From a virus, in the IMG/VR virus record IMGVR_UViG_3300030419_007002, positions 1 to 64,000 of that record: a stretch of DNA of 64,000 bases; one strand, 5' to 3'. The notes beneath the pieces were generated by a model. It was given only the letters and a program-made list of their open reading frames with translations, was not told where the DNA came from and did no database searches. Positions 36,953-47,517 of this stretch are shown one piece after another (the stretch's first letter is position 1; the number at the start of each line of letters is the position of its first letter). The position numbers and the translations under genes are program-made.

Positions 36953-37684
36953 ATGATTAGCCATAAATATAAATGTATTTTTATAGAGATACCCAAAAAT
37001 GCATCCTCCAGTATATCCAAGTGGCTATACGAAAATGATACGTCGACGCTAGGCTCTCAATGCGAGCATCCCTCTAAAAATTATAAATGGATAGATGAAC
37101 ACCAATACAGAGACGGACATATTCACACTTCTGAACTCCGACACCTCTATAGAAGACACTGGGATAATTATTATAAATTTGCCGTAATAAGGAATCCCTT
37201 CGATAGAGTCTTTTCCTGCTACTCGATGTACACGAGCAAAGAATGGGAGTCTCAATACCAAAAAAACGAATTTAGCATACATGACGAACGACTATATGAA
37301 GAAGTTTCAGAATATAAAAACTTTCCTGAATTTTGCAGCGGATATCTCGATCGGATAACCATTCATTCTCTTTTCCAAAATGGAGCAAGGTACTCCGAAG
37401 TAGGAATGTATCACGGGGTTCACCTAAGAGAGCAAAGCTGCTGGGTTAACCCAACCAAAGAATGGTCTGATAATATAAATATTATAAAATATGAAAATTT
37501 AAAAGAGGAAATACAGTCCCTTTCCGATGCGCTAGGCATACCGTTCTCACGCAAAGATTTCCCTTGGGAAAATAAGAAAGGGAAAGGAAGAGGTAGCTAC
37601 AAAGGGTTTTATGACGCAGAAAGCATAAAAATAGTCAAGAAAAAATATAGATCAGATTTTTATTTTTTTAAATATAATTTTTAA
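36953..37684 (+). CDS. sulfotransferase family 2 protein
   Basis: MISHKYKCIFIEIPKNASSS, FAVIRNPFDR..S.Y. Confidence 0.8.
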   Translation: MISHKYKCIFIEIPKNASSSISKWLYENDTSTLGSQCEHPSKNYKWIDEHQYRDGHIHTSELRHLYRRHWDNYYKFAVIRNPFDRVFSCYSMYTSKEWESQYQKNEFSIHDERLYEEVSEYKNFPEFCSGYLDRITIHSLFQNGARYSEVGMYHGVHLREQSCWVNPTKEWSDNINIIKYENLKEEIQSLSDALGIPFSRKDFPWENKKGKGRGSYKGFYDAESIKIVKKKYRSDFYFFKYNF

Positions 37685-37686
37685 TT

Positions 37687-37715
37687 TTGACTTTTCCATC
37701 ATTTAATGTTATGAT
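37687..37715 (+). promoter_or_regulatory. sigma70-like promoter
   Basis: TTGACT-17-TATGAT. Confidence 0.65.
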
Positions 37716-37726
37716 TTACTCAATAT

Positions 37727-37924
37727 ATGAAGACAGTAAAATATAGTATCGCTGCAATCCTCCTGATTGGCTTTGCAGCAGGTTGTTCTAGCACCATGAC
37801 AGTTGGGCCCAGCGCCAATAAAGACGGCTATCTGGGCGCCTCAGGCTCATTATCACCCCCTGTGGGAGCGAGCGTAACTGTACCTTGGGTAAAGGCCGAG
37901 GTGAAACAAGTGGAATCGGAATAG
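37727..37924 (+). CDS. small lipoprotein
   Basis: Signal peptide with lipobox AAGC. Confidence 0.7.
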   Translation: MKTVKYSIAAILLIGFAAGCSSTMTVGPSANKDGYLGASGSLSPPVGASVTVPWVKAEVKQVESE

Positions 37925-37945
37925 AACAGCCGGTATTCGACCAAG

Positions 37946-37977
37946 ACCCTAGCTTGTAATGAGCTAGGGTTTTTTTT
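37946..37977 (+). terminator. intrinsic terminator
   Basis: ACCCTAGCT-TGTAATG-AGCTAGGGT followed by a T run. Confidence 0.8.
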
Positions 37978-38014
37978 GTTGCCCTCTTTCTGTTTATGTG
38001 TAATATAAGATAGA

Positions 38015-38299
38015 ATGGAGCTAACTAATCTTATAGATGTAGTAACAGGAGTCTTTGCGTTAATAGCTGGCTGGGTTTTTAAGCTAGTTCTTTCGCAATT
38101 AAAGGAGATGAAAGATGAACACCAACACTTATTCATCAAACAGACAGAGGATTATAGAGAATTAACCAGTAAGGTCACAGATTTAGCAATATCCCTTCCA
38201 GATAAATACGTCAACAAAGACGACTTCAAAATGTTTGCAGAGAGAATGAACGATCGCTTCGATAGAATAGAAGAGAAGCTAGATCAACTAAAAAAATAG
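38015..38299 (+). CDS. TM + coiled-coil protein
   Basis: N-terminal TM, LPDKYVNKDDF, FDRIEEKLD; GTGTAA 11 nt upstream. Confidence 0.65.
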   Translation: MELTNLIDVVTGVFALIAGWVFKLVLSQLKEMKDEHQHLFIKQTEDYRELTSKVTDLAISLPDKYVNKDDFKMFAERMNDRFDRIEEKLDQLKK

Positions 38300-38351
38300 A
38301 TTCTTCTAAAAAAAAATTGCCTTTTACCCATATTAGTTTATAATATGGTAT

Positions 38352-39161
38352 ATGCTATCTATTTACAGTTCTGCATTTAATTTAATTAAAAATAACTTTA
38401 ATTATAAAGATGCATTAAATAATTTTTCACACTTCGCTAACGAAGTAGTTATAGCTGTAAACAGTAGCGAAGACGACACCCTTTTGGCTCTTAAAGATTA
38501 CGCGGACGAAAGAAAGAACATAAAAATAGTAGAAACAGACTTCAGTTACGAAGACCCCCTCTTAGACGGAAAGATAAAAAACGCAGCGCTTCAAGAGACC
38601 ACTGAAGAATTTAAGATAAACTTGGATCTAGACGAAAGAATACCGATAAGGCATAGGAGTAAATGGGAAACTCTGGCTTATCAATTAAGATTTGCATCGT
38701 TTGATTCGTACTTAGTACCCAGCCTTAATTTATGGGGAAACCTGATGTCTATGCGGTGGGACGATGAAATGAATTTAAATTTTAAATGGTACCTTCACAA
38801 AGGGGGGCTCACTAGGGGCGCGGTTAACTTTGCTAAATTACCAGACGGAAAAGTAGACACGTCCAAGAGCGACACCTGCGAACTAATATATGAAGACGGG
38901 ACGCTTGTAAAAGCAGCGCATATAACCAAGGACTCGTGCCGGAGCTCTATGCAAGAATATTTAAATTTCATAGAAAACGAAGGCATCTTTGTTTTTCACC
39001 TAGGGTATGCAGATTTTTCTGACAGAGCATTAAGAAATAAAAACTTCTGGAAGAAACACTGGGAGATAGAGTCAGGAAAAGAAAATGATATCCCCACAAA
39101 AGAAAAGGATATCCCCGAGCACAGAACTTATCTTCATAACTTGAAGATGTGGGACGAATAG
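38352..39161 (+). CDS. GT-A glycosyltransferase-like
   Basis: SEDDT, KNAALQ, LDLDE, FHLGY. Confidence 0.7.
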   Translation: MLSIYSSAFNLIKNNFNYKDALNNFSHFANEVVIAVNSSEDDTLLALKDYADERKNIKIVETDFSYEDPLLDGKIKNAALQETTEEFKINLDLDERIPIRHRSKWETLAYQLRFASFDSYLVPSLNLWGNLMSMRWDDEMNLNFKWYLHKGGLTRGAVNFAKLPDGKVDTSKSDTCELIYEDGTLVKAAHITKDSCRSSMQEYLNFIENEGIFVFHLGYADFSDRALRNKNFWKKHWEIESGKENDIPTKEKDIPEHRTYLHNLKMWDE

Positions 39162-39164
39162 TTT

Positions 39165-40049
39165 ATGATTCAACTTATCTTAACTTACGGACACTCAGAA
39201 TTCACAAGGGTATGTATCGACTCTGTGTACAAGAACACGCCCAAGGATGAAATAAATTTAATAGTATGGGATAATTTTTCCGAAGACAGAATAAGCGAAA
39301 GTGACATAGACCCAGAAAACACTGTCCTAATTAAAGCTGAAAATAATTACGGAGTTTCCATCCCTATAAATTTCTTGATAAAGGAGGTGGGTCAAGCGCT
39401 GGATGATGACGTTTTTTATATATCAAATGACCACTACCTATTCCCCGGCTGGATAGACCCACTCCTAGGGAGGTCTGAGTTCAATATCTTTTGCCCTTGG
39501 ATACCGTTTGGGCTAGACGGAATAATGAACGGCTATGGCGGACAGAAACAAAGCAAGCTTATTGATTTTTGGTCGGACGAAAAAATAGACCTGCATAATT
39601 CAATAAAAGCAGAATACCTAGACCACCCAGAGTCCTCAGAAAAAATAATGAAATTTTTTAACAACATTTACCCAGACGGGGAAGATAGGTTCGTGAAGGA
39701 TAACGTACTGAGTCAAGAGCCCGTAAGTTACGGTAATGTATTGTGGATGGGATGCTTTGGGATTAAAAGGTCATTGCTAGACATAGTCCCAGAGTATAAA
39801 ACTAACGTAGGACTAGCAAGCACTGAAGATTATATATGGCAATGTGAAACTAGGGATATGCCCCAAGTTAAAATGGGCGTCTATAATCATTCCTACGCGC
39901 ATCACTTTCAGTGCATAACTGGGCAAAGGGTATCTCTCAGCATGGATCACGAACACAAGGAATTCGAAGCCACCCCGCCAGAACTGTCAGGCAGAGATAG
40001 GGAAGAAATGGACAAAGCGCTTGCTAAAATAAAAAAAATTAAAAAATAA
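39165..40049 (+). CDS. GT2 glycosyltransferase
   Basis: TY...T..CIDS, IVWDN.S, NYG...IN, SND, ED. Confidence 0.7.
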   Translation: MIQLILTYGHSEFTRVCIDSVYKNTPKDEINLIVWDNFSEDRISESDIDPENTVLIKAENNYGVSIPINFLIKEVGQALDDDVFYISNDHYLFPGWIDPLLGRSEFNIFCPWIPFGLDGIMNGYGGQKQSKLIDFWSDEKIDLHNSIKAEYLDHPESSEKIMKFFNNIYPDGEDRFVKDNVLSQEPVSYGNVLWMGCFGIKRSLLDIVPEYKTNVGLASTEDYIWQCETRDMPQVKMGVYNHSYAHHFQCITGQRVSLSMDHEHKEFEATPPELSGRDREEMDKALAKIKKIKK

Positions 40050-40051
40050 TC

Positions 40052-41032
40052 ATGAAATTAGGATTAATAGGGTACGGATACTGGGGACCTAACATAGTTA
40101 GGAACATGCAAAAAATAAAAGGATTACAATTGGCCTTCGTTGTGGATAAAAATCCAGAAGCGCTCGACAAAATCCCGATGGTTACATCGATGTTTGATAA
40201 CATAGATACAGCACTGTCTAGACATGACGATGTAGATGGCGTTATCATAGCAACACCCATATCCACCCATTTCCCCTTGGCCAAAAAAGTACTAGAGGCA
40301 GGAAAAAGTGTCCTTATTCAGAAGCCTATGGCTATGAGCGTAGAAGAATGCGACGAACTAACAGACATGGCGAAATCGAAAGGCTTAACCATAATGATAG
40401 CGCATACATTTTTATTTACTGGCGCAGTAAGAAAACTTAAAGACCTAGCAGACTCCAATCATTTAGGAAACTTAAAACATTTCGATTCCTGCAGGGTTAA
40501 TCTAGGATTATTCCAAAGAGATTCTAATGTGGTTTGGGATTTAGCTCCCCACGACTTTTCTATCCTGAGTTATATAATCGGGGATGAAAAACCGCTTTTT
40601 CTTTCTGCGGTCGGGTCCACGCATACGCCGAAGGGGAACGCTGACGTAGCGAATATATCAATTCAATATGAAAATGGGTTTTCTGCGCATATCCACATAA
40701 GCTGGTTCTCTCCTATTAAGGTGCGTCAAATTTTGCTTAATGGAGATGAGCGGATGGCCGTATATGACGACAACAAACCCTCCGAAAAGATAATGGTTTA
40801 CGATAAGGGGGTAAATTACGCAGATAGCGTTTTCGATTATCGAGTGGGTGATATGTTCTCCCCAAAACTACCAAGCTCTGAGGCAATTGAGCAAGAGATA
40901 GAACACTTTTGTGAATGCATTCAGGGGGCAGAATGCATATCGGGCCCAGACCTAGGGAGGAAAGTTGTTGGGTTAATAGAGGCAACCAATAAGTCAATAG
41001 GGCTGAAAGGAGAACCTTTCGATGTACAGTAG
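40052..41032 (+). CDS. Gfo/Idh/MocA oxidoreductase (WbpB/WlbA-like)
   Basis: GYGYWG, ATP..TH, QKP, WDLAPHD. Confidence 0.88.
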   Translation: MKLGLIGYGYWGPNIVRNMQKIKGLQLAFVVDKNPEALDKIPMVTSMFDNIDTALSRHDDVDGVIIATPISTHFPLAKKVLEAGKSVLIQKPMAMSVEECDELTDMAKSKGLTIMIAHTFLFTGAVRKLKDLADSNHLGNLKHFDSCRVNLGLFQRDSNVVWDLAPHDFSILSYIIGDEKPLFLSAVGSTHTPKGNADVANISIQYENGFSAHIHISWFSPIKVRQILLNGDERMAVYDDNKPSEKIMVYDKGVNYADSVFDYRVGDMFSPKLPSSEAIEQEIEHFCECIQGAECISGPDLGRKVVGLIEATNKSIGLKGEPFDVQ

Positions 41033-41480
41033 AGTCAAGGATTGCAAGCTGGGCATGGGAGTATCCGTGCATAACTATGTAAATGTTTATGGTTGCGAAA
41101 TCGGCGGGAACACTACTTTAGGATCATATGTAGAAGTGCAAAAGAACGCCAAGATAGGTAAAAATTGTAAAATTTCTAGTCATTCATTTGTGTGTGAGGG
41201 CGTGGAAATAGAAGATGAAGTTTTTGTAGGCCACGGAGTTATGTTTATTAACGATAAAAAACCAAAAGCCTGTAATGTCGACGGATCCAAGCAAAGGGAT
41301 GGCGATTGGAAGCTAGAGAAAACCATCGTAAGGAAAGGAGCATCGATAGGATCAAACGCAACTATTTTATGTGGCATAGAGATAGGCGAAAGCGCAGTGG
41401 TAGGCGCTGGGTCAGTAGTAACAAAAGACGTGCCCCCTAATTCTATCGTTTATGGAAATCCAGCGAAAACTAAACAATGA
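41022..41480 (+). CDS. hexapeptide N-acyltransferase (WbpD/WlbB-like)
   Basis: Hexapeptide repeats, FIND..P, GASIGSNATILCG, GNPA. Confidence 0.9.
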   Translation: MYSRVKDCKLGMGVSVHNYVNVYGCEIGGNTTLGSYVEVQKNAKIGKNCKISSHSFVCEGVEIEDEVFVGHGVMFINDKKPKACNVDGSKQRDGDWKLEKTIVRKGASIGSNATILCGIEIGESAVVGAGSVVTKDVPPNSIVYGNPAKTKQ

Positions 41481-42766
41481 AAATACAATTCATAAATCAT
41501 GCTAGCGTAATTTTTAAATGCGGCGAAACAAAAATTCTAACTGACCCTTGGTACTGTGGACACCCTTTTAATAACGGGTGGAGCCTGTTGGTAGAAAAAG
41601 ATATAGATATCAATAAATTAGATTTTAATTATCTTTGGTATTCTCACGAGCACCCAGATCATTTCAGCATAGCTGATATAAAAAAAATTAACGAAGATCG
41701 CAAAAAAGAAATAACCATCCTTTTCCAAAAAACTCCAGACCAAAAAGTTAAAGGCTTCTGTGAGAAGCTGGGGTTTAAAGTAAAAGAATTAGAGCCACTG
41801 AAGGAATACGAATTAGAAGGGGGTGTAAAAATAATCTGCGGCATAGAAGGCGGATTTGATTCTTGGATTTCAGTTAGTCACGAAGATAAAACAGCCCTAA
41901 ATATTAATGATTGCAGGGTAGAAAACGAAGAAGAGCTAGATGAAGTTAAAAACCTTGTCGGAAAAATTGATGTTTTGTTAACGCAATTTAGTTGGGCTAA
42001 TTGGGTAGGCAATAGCGGTGATGAAAAAGCTATTGAAACATCCAAGGGGATGGTATACCATAGGGTAGATAATCAAATTAAATTTTTAAAACCGAAATAT
42101 ATTATACCCTTTGCTAGCTTTACTTGGTTTTCTCATGAAGAAAACTATTTTTGTAATCACAATGCAATAACGGTAGAAGAATTCGTGGAAAGATACCCCG
42201 ACGAGAATATGATTACGATGTACCTCGAAGATGAATGGGAGGTCGGAGAAGACAGGGATTGCGCAGATTCCATATCTAAATGGATGAAAGCAATATCCCA
42301 GAACAGAACCCCCAAACACACGAGCTATACCGTACCAATAGAAGACCTATTAGACTCATTTAAAGAAATGAAATCTAAATTGCAAAAAGACAATGACTGG
42401 CAATCTATAATTGAGCTACATGAATCAGGAAATCTAGAAGACTGCATAGTTCACCTTACGGATACGGACCAAAATTTTATATTTAACATAGTTAAAGAAG
42501 CATTAACAGAAACCCAAGAACCTCACGACATAGAAATGGGAAGCGAATCTTTTCATTACTTAATGAAGCATGCTTGGGGAAGGGGGACGTTAATGATCAA
42601 CGGCAGGTTTCAAGCTAATTACGAAACCTTATATAGATTTTTAAGGCAAACCCACATATATTACGGCAACAATATAGGAAAAAGTTTCCCGAAAGACATA
42701 AGCCCAGAACAGATAATTAACCCTAAATGTTTTGTCTTCGAAACGATAGGGGAAATGAATAATTGA
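41477..42766 (+). CDS. metallo-beta-lactamase-fold protein, CMP-NeuAc hydroxylase/NamH-like
   Basis: NHAS, TDPW..G..FNNGW, SHEHPDH, DS, NINDC, IPFAS. Confidence 0.7.
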   Translation: MKIQFINHASVIFKCGETKILTDPWYCGHPFNNGWSLLVEKDIDINKLDFNYLWYSHEHPDHFSIADIKKINEDRKKEITILFQKTPDQKVKGFCEKLGFKVKELEPLKEYELEGGVKIICGIEGGFDSWISVSHEDKTALNINDCRVENEEELDEVKNLVGKIDVLLTQFSWANWVGNSGDEKAIETSKGMVYHRVDNQIKFLKPKYIIPFASFTWFSHEENYFCNHNAITVEEFVERYPDENMITMYLEDEWEVGEDRDCADSISKWMKAISQNRTPKHTSYTVPIEDLLDSFKEMKSKLQKDNDWQSIIELHESGNLEDCIVHLTDTDQNFIFNIVKEALTETQEPHDIEMGSESFHYLMKHAWGRGTLMINGRFQANYETLYRFLRQTHIYYGNNIGKSFPKDISPEQIINPKCFVFETIGEMNN

Positions 42767-42767
42767 A

Positions 42768-43865
42768 ATGAAAGTAAAATTCTTAGATTTATCAAAGCAA
42801 AATAAAGTTTTTAAAAGCGATTTCCTTAAGGAAGTTTCCGACATAGTGGATTCAGGGGCATACGTTTCCGGAAAAAGAGTTGAAAAGTTTGAGCAGGCGT
42901 TTGCTGAATATTGTGACTCGAAGTATTGCGTAGCTACTAGCAGTGGAACCTCAGCCTTACACGCGGCTCTTTCCTGCTTCGACCTAGAGGGGGACGTAGT
43001 AACTCCACCTAATAGCTTTATAGCCACAAGCGAGGCAGTTTCTTACTGCGATAAATTAAAACATAAATTCGTAGATGTAGATAAAAGTGGGTGCATGGAC
43101 CCCAAAAAAACTGAAAAACTAATAGGAGAGAAAGAAACTAAACTCATTTTACCCGTAAGCCTTTACGGAAACCCATGCGATCTGATAGAGTACTCGAGGC
43201 TTTGTCAGCAACATAAAAAATTCTTAATACATGACGCTGCACAAGCTCATGGAGCAGAGGTGATGAATACGCCGATCTCTTGGTTTTCAATTGCTACGTG
43301 CTTCAGTTTTTATCCCGGTAAAAATTTAGGGACAGCAGGGGAAGGCGGCGCAGTTGTCACCAACTCTCGCCAAGCCTATGAATACATGAAGGCTTTCGTC
43401 AATCACGGACAAATTGAAAAATACAAACACGAAATAGTAGGTAACAATTACAGGATGAGTGAAATAGAAGCGGCAGCTTTGAATATAAAACTAAACTACA
43501 TAGACGAGTGGACAGATCAAAGGATTGAAGCAGCCGAAAGGTATATCAATAACTTTTCCGGACACAAGAAAATAGGCCTAATCAAAACAAATCCACAGAA
43601 CAAATGCGTATATCATTTATTTCCAGTTTTCGTTTCTAATAGAGACAAAATTATCAAGAAGCTAAATGACAAAGGTGTCCAGACGGGAATACATTACCCT
43701 ATACCCATCCACATGCAAGGAGCATACCAGAGCCTAGGTCACAAAAAAGGTGACTTCCCAGAATCAGAGAGGCAAGCTAGAAGAGAAATAAGCCTGCCTA
43801 TTTACCCCGGAATAACCAACCAGCAGATAGATTACGTATCTGAATCCCTAATCGATTCATTATGA
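42768..43865 (+). CDS. DegT/DnrJ sugar aminotransferase (WbpE/WlbC-like)
   Basis: SGTSAL, DAAQAHG, FSFYPGKNLG..GEGG, NYRM, HYPIP. Confidence 0.92.
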   Translation: MKVKFLDLSKQNKVFKSDFLKEVSDIVDSGAYVSGKRVEKFEQAFAEYCDSKYCVATSSGTSALHAALSCFDLEGDVVTPPNSFIATSEAVSYCDKLKHKFVDVDKSGCMDPKKTEKLIGEKETKLILPVSLYGNPCDLIEYSRLCQQHKKFLIHDAAQAHGAEVMNTPISWFSIATCFSFYPGKNLGTAGEGGAVVTNSRQAYEYMKAFVNHGQIEKYKHEIVGNNYRMSEIEAAALNIKLNYIDEWTDQRIEAAERYINNFSGHKKIGLIKTNPQNKCVYHLFPVFVSNRDKIIKKLNDKGVQTGIHYPIPIHMQGAYQSLGHKKGDFPESERQARREISLPIYPGITNQQIDYVSESLIDSL

Positions 43866-44764
43866 AGATAAAAACTTTCGGATATAAAAAAACCTCAGAG
43901 AACTACTTGCACTTACTTGAAGAAGAGTGGCTCAAAATGGGGCACGAAATTTTTTACGATGACGATACCTCTTCTGATTACGACTTCATTTTCAACATAG
44001 ATAGATCTCAGTTAGACCTAGCTTATTCAGAGTCCATAAAACGGAACAAGCCTCTACATTGTTTAATTTTAGATTTGTCTTATGGGTTTTTTAATGGGCA
44101 ATTTAACATTTACGACCCCTCTCTCGTAGAAAAAGAAAGTCGAATATATAAACACTGCGCTTCATTAATGGCGATCTCGAAGGAGACGGGGAGGGTACTA
44201 GAAAAGCTTACCGGACTTAGGGCTAACCACGTTGGAATACCCGCGCTTTCTTGTGATAAGTTTTATGAAGAAAGGGATAGGGGTGAATACATATATTTCT
44301 TTGGCAGACCCCTAGATCCAATTAAAAATATAACTACTGTTTTAAAAGCCATAAACGGCACAGGAGTTGAGCTTTACGTATCCGGAGAGCCATGCCCGCA
44401 AGAACTATTCACCTCTATCGCTCCAGACGTTAAAATAAAAAACTTTGGCTGGCTAGATAGGCAGGGGGTCAATGAACTAATAAAACAAGCCAGACTGCTG
44501 ATAGCCCCAGAGCTCTATGGTGGACTAGGCATGCAGCCAATAGAGGGCGCACTAATGGGAACACCGTGCCTAAGCGCTGATATACCAATAAAAAGGGAGG
44601 TGTGGGGAGACACGCTACCCCTCTACGAACCCCAAGACCACGAAGACTGTAGAGAAAAAATAATAAATTTTGATCAAGGATCTATCGATATGACAAAGGC
44701 AGCAGAGATAGCTGAATGGTACCTACCTAATAGAGTAGCAGAAAGGATACTTAATAATATATGA
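43862..44764 (+). CDS. GT4 glycosyltransferase
   Basis: FGR..P.KN, GLGMQPIEG...GTP..S.DIP. Confidence 0.75.
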   Translation: MKIKTFGYKKTSENYLHLLEEEWLKMGHEIFYDDDTSSDYDFIFNIDRSQLDLAYSESIKRNKPLHCLILDLSYGFFNGQFNIYDPSLVEKESRIYKHCASLMAISKETGRVLEKLTGLRANHVGIPALSCDKFYEERDRGEYIYFFGRPLDPIKNITTVLKAINGTGVELYVSGEPCPQELFTSIAPDVKIKNFGWLDRQGVNELIKQARLLIAPELYGGLGMQPIEGALMGTPCLSADIPIKREVWGDTLPLYEPQDHEDCREKIINFDQGSIDMTKAAEIAEWYLPNRVAERILNNI

Positions 44765-45522
44765 AAATAGGCATTATATCCGCAGCGTATAATTGTGGTG
44801 AATACATTGATGAAGTTCTAGCTCCTTGGGTAGAGCTTAAAAAAGAGCACGATATATTTATTAGCATGATACATGTGTGCTTCAAAGAAAATCAAGAATT
44901 AGGCCTGTCGCCTAAATCAGAAGACAATACAGAAGAATTGTTGCAGCTTGCCCTAAGTGAATCAAAAATAGACTATTACGAATCTACGACAGAACCCCTT
45001 ACAGAACCAGAGGCAAGGACTATATGCTTAAATAATGTTAAAAAACATGACATAGATTATCTTTGGCTCTTGGGCTTAGACGAAATATATACGACCGAAG
45101 AAATAAAAAAAATAATTAATTTTGTAGAATTTAATAAGTTCATATCTTGGTTTAGCATAAACTTTAAAAATTATTTATTCGAGAATAATACTTGGATAGA
45201 TGGGTTCTCTCCCCCTAGAATCTTTAACGCAAGATGTAATGACGGTATTAAGCAGCTTTATTACGATGACGATGTCGTTTATAATGATGGGGCAGACTAT
45301 AAAGCGCTTTCTAATTTAGAGATACCCAGAGGGATAGCTCATGTCAAGCACATGACTTGGCTAAATAATGAAACCAGCAGGAGAAAATGTGAATACCAGA
45401 AATCTAGGTGGGGAGAAGATTTTTGTAGCTACCTTTGGGACTACGACAAAAAAGAATTAAAATTCAATGAAAACTACTACAAGCTCCACAACAAACAAAA
45501 GCCAAAATTAAATTATGATTGA
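44761..45522 (+). CDS. GT2-like glycosyltransferase
   Basis: AYNC..YI, SEDNT, LDE. Confidence 0.65.
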   Translation: MKIGIISAAYNCGEYIDEVLAPWVELKKEHDIFISMIHVCFKENQELGLSPKSEDNTEELLQLALSESKIDYYESTTEPLTEPEARTICLNNVKKHDIDYLWLLGLDEIYTTEEIKKIINFVEFNKFISWFSINFKNYLFENNTWIDGFSPPRIFNARCNDGIKQLYYDDDVVYNDGADYKALSNLEIPRGIAHVKHMTWLNNETSRRKCEYQKSRWGEDFCSYLWDYDKKELKFNENYYKLHNKQKPKLNYD

Positions 45523-46456
45523 TAAACCCAAGCTATGGTTATGCGGAATAACCCAAGACAGAGAAAAGGATGTGGAAGAAATGACTCGGCCAGAAGTCAT
45601 GGAGCACTTTGATGGATTAGTTTTTACGGATGGTTATTCAAAAGACGAAACTTATAGTATTCTTAACGAAAGAAAAAAAGAAGGAAAGATCGCTCGAAGA
45701 AAATGGACCAATGACCACGATTACCAAATGAACGAGTTCATGAGATGCGGAGCAATGAGTAACGGAGATTGGTTTGTTTTATTAGATTCGCCAGATAGAG
45801 TAAACCTAGATTGGGCAGCTGGCCTAAGGGAAGAAATAGAAAAGCTAGAAGAAGAATCGGTAGGAGCCGTAAACATGGACAGCAAAATACATCTAGCAAA
45901 ATATTTTGACCACATGTATTACGCCCCGAATCCTCACTGGGGCCTGCAAGGGGTCGTAAACAAAGTAGCATTTTACGACAAAGACCAGAAAGAGCAATGC
46001 ATAGAAAGTAAAAGGTTTGATAATCCAGTAAAATCAGCTTTAGTTCATCCCGTAAAATACTATTACGTATACGGAAGATCAAATCATTGCCAATTGCTTT
46101 ACGGAAGATTTGGTGCAGAAGCAGTCAACTTCCACGAAGCTAATAGGTTAAGGTTCAGATTGCATTGCGAAAAAATCTTAGGGCTAGACATCTCCACGTT
46201 AGATTCTCTAGAAGAATTCTATAGGAAGGGAGATTTTAGCGACGAATTCATAGATGCCGTGGAGCTAGAAGTAAACTTAAAAGATTACTTCAGATACAAA
46301 ATACTAGAACAAGACTTCGTAGAAGAGATAGATAAAAATAGAATTAATTGGAGTTTTAGACTATACTTAGATAGTGGAGACGCTAAACAAGAATCTACCG
46401 ATTATAAGGGCCCGATAAATCAATACCTAGAACAGGTAGGACAACCAGAAGAATGA
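45515..46456 (+). CDS. GT-A-like protein
   Basis: DGYSKDET, LDSPD. Confidence 0.55.
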   Translation: MIDKPKLWLCGITQDREKDVEEMTRPEVMEHFDGLVFTDGYSKDETYSILNERKKEGKIARRKWTNDHDYQMNEFMRCGAMSNGDWFVLLDSPDRVNLDWAAGLREEIEKLEEESVGAVNMDSKIHLAKYFDHMYYAPNPHWGLQGVVNKVAFYDKDQKEQCIESKRFDNPVKSALVHPVKYYYVYGRSNHCQLLYGRFGAEAVNFHEANRLRFRLHCEKILGLDISTLDSLEEFYRKGDFSDEFIDAVELEVNLKDYFRYKILEQDFVEEIDKNRINWSFRLYLDSGDAKQESTDYKGPINQYLEQVGQPEE

Positions 46457-47517
46457 AAAAAGTATTAGTTACAGGAATCCTAGGGCAGGATGGCGCTAAC
46501 ATGGCGGAGTTTTTACTATTTGAAAACGAAGAGCCAGTCCAAGTCTATGGAATGATGCGCAGAAGCTCTATACCTAATTTTACAAACACAGATAAATTTA
46601 GATATCATGAAAATTTTGAGTTTGTGCATGGTGATCTTTCTGATGACGTCAGTCTCGATAACCTAGTAAAAAAAATTCAACCAGACTACTTCGTTAACTT
46701 CGCAGCAAACTCTTTTGTTGGTTGTTCTTGGGATATGCCAGAGCAAGTCATGGATGTTAACACCCTTGGCGTCCTTAGGTGCTTGGAGTCTATACGTAAG
46801 TTCAAGCCAGATTGTAAATTTTACAGCGCAGGAAGTAGCGAAGAATGGGGGGACGTAGACTATTCACCCCAAGACATAAAGCACCCCATAAAACCCAGAA
46901 GCCCCTACGGAGCGTCAAAAGCAGCAGCTAGACATTTAGTAAAAGTTTACAGAGAATCGCACAATCTTTACGCAGTTCACGGAATACTCTTCAATCACGA
47001 AGGGACCAAGAGGGGGGAGGAGTTTGTTACTAGAAAAATAACGAAAGCAGTTGCAAAAATATATAACCAGAAACGGATTGGGCAAAAAATTACACCAGTT
47101 GAGCTTGGAAACCTAGACGCTAAACGCGACTGGAGCGATAGTAAGGATTTTGTGAAAGGGGTATGGCTAATGCTTAACCAAGAATCCCCCAAAGACTATA
47201 TATTGTCGAGCGGAGAAACGCACTCTATAAGGGAATTTGTAGAGCTAGCCTTCAAGGAGGCAGGAATAGAAGGTCAATGGAAAGGCGAGGGGGTGGAAGA
47301 AACTTACAATCTTAAAGATTCTGATCCTAGTCGATATTCTTCGGGAGAAACATTATTAAAAATAAATAAAAAATTTTACAGACCAGCAGAAGTAGACCTC
47401 TTATTAGGAGACTCCAGCCCCATAAGAGAAGAATTAGGCTGGAAACCAGAAATTTCATTTGACAATCTAGTAGCAAGTATGGTACAATATGATATTGGAT
47501 TGTTAGATGGCAAATAA
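46453..47517 (+). CDS. gmd: GDP-mannose 4,6-dehydratase
   Basis: TGILGQDG, SSEE, PRSPYGASK, LFNHE, FVTRKIT, LGNLDAKRDW, RPAEV. Confidence 0.95.
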   Translation: MKKVLVTGILGQDGANMAEFLLFENEEPVQVYGMMRRSSIPNFTNTDKFRYHENFEFVHGDLSDDVSLDNLVKKIQPDYFVNFAANSFVGCSWDMPEQVMDVNTLGVLRCLESIRKFKPDCKFYSAGSSEEWGDVDYSPQDIKHPIKPRSPYGASKAAARHLVKVYRESHNLYAVHGILFNHEGTKRGEEFVTRKITKAVAKIYNQKRIGQKITPVELGNLDAKRDWSDSKDFVKGVWLMLNQESPKDYILSSGETHSIREFVELAFKEAGIEGQWKGEGVEETYNLKDSDPSRYSSGETLLKINKKFYRPAEVDLLLGDSSPIREELGWKPEISFDNLVASMVQYDIGLLDGK

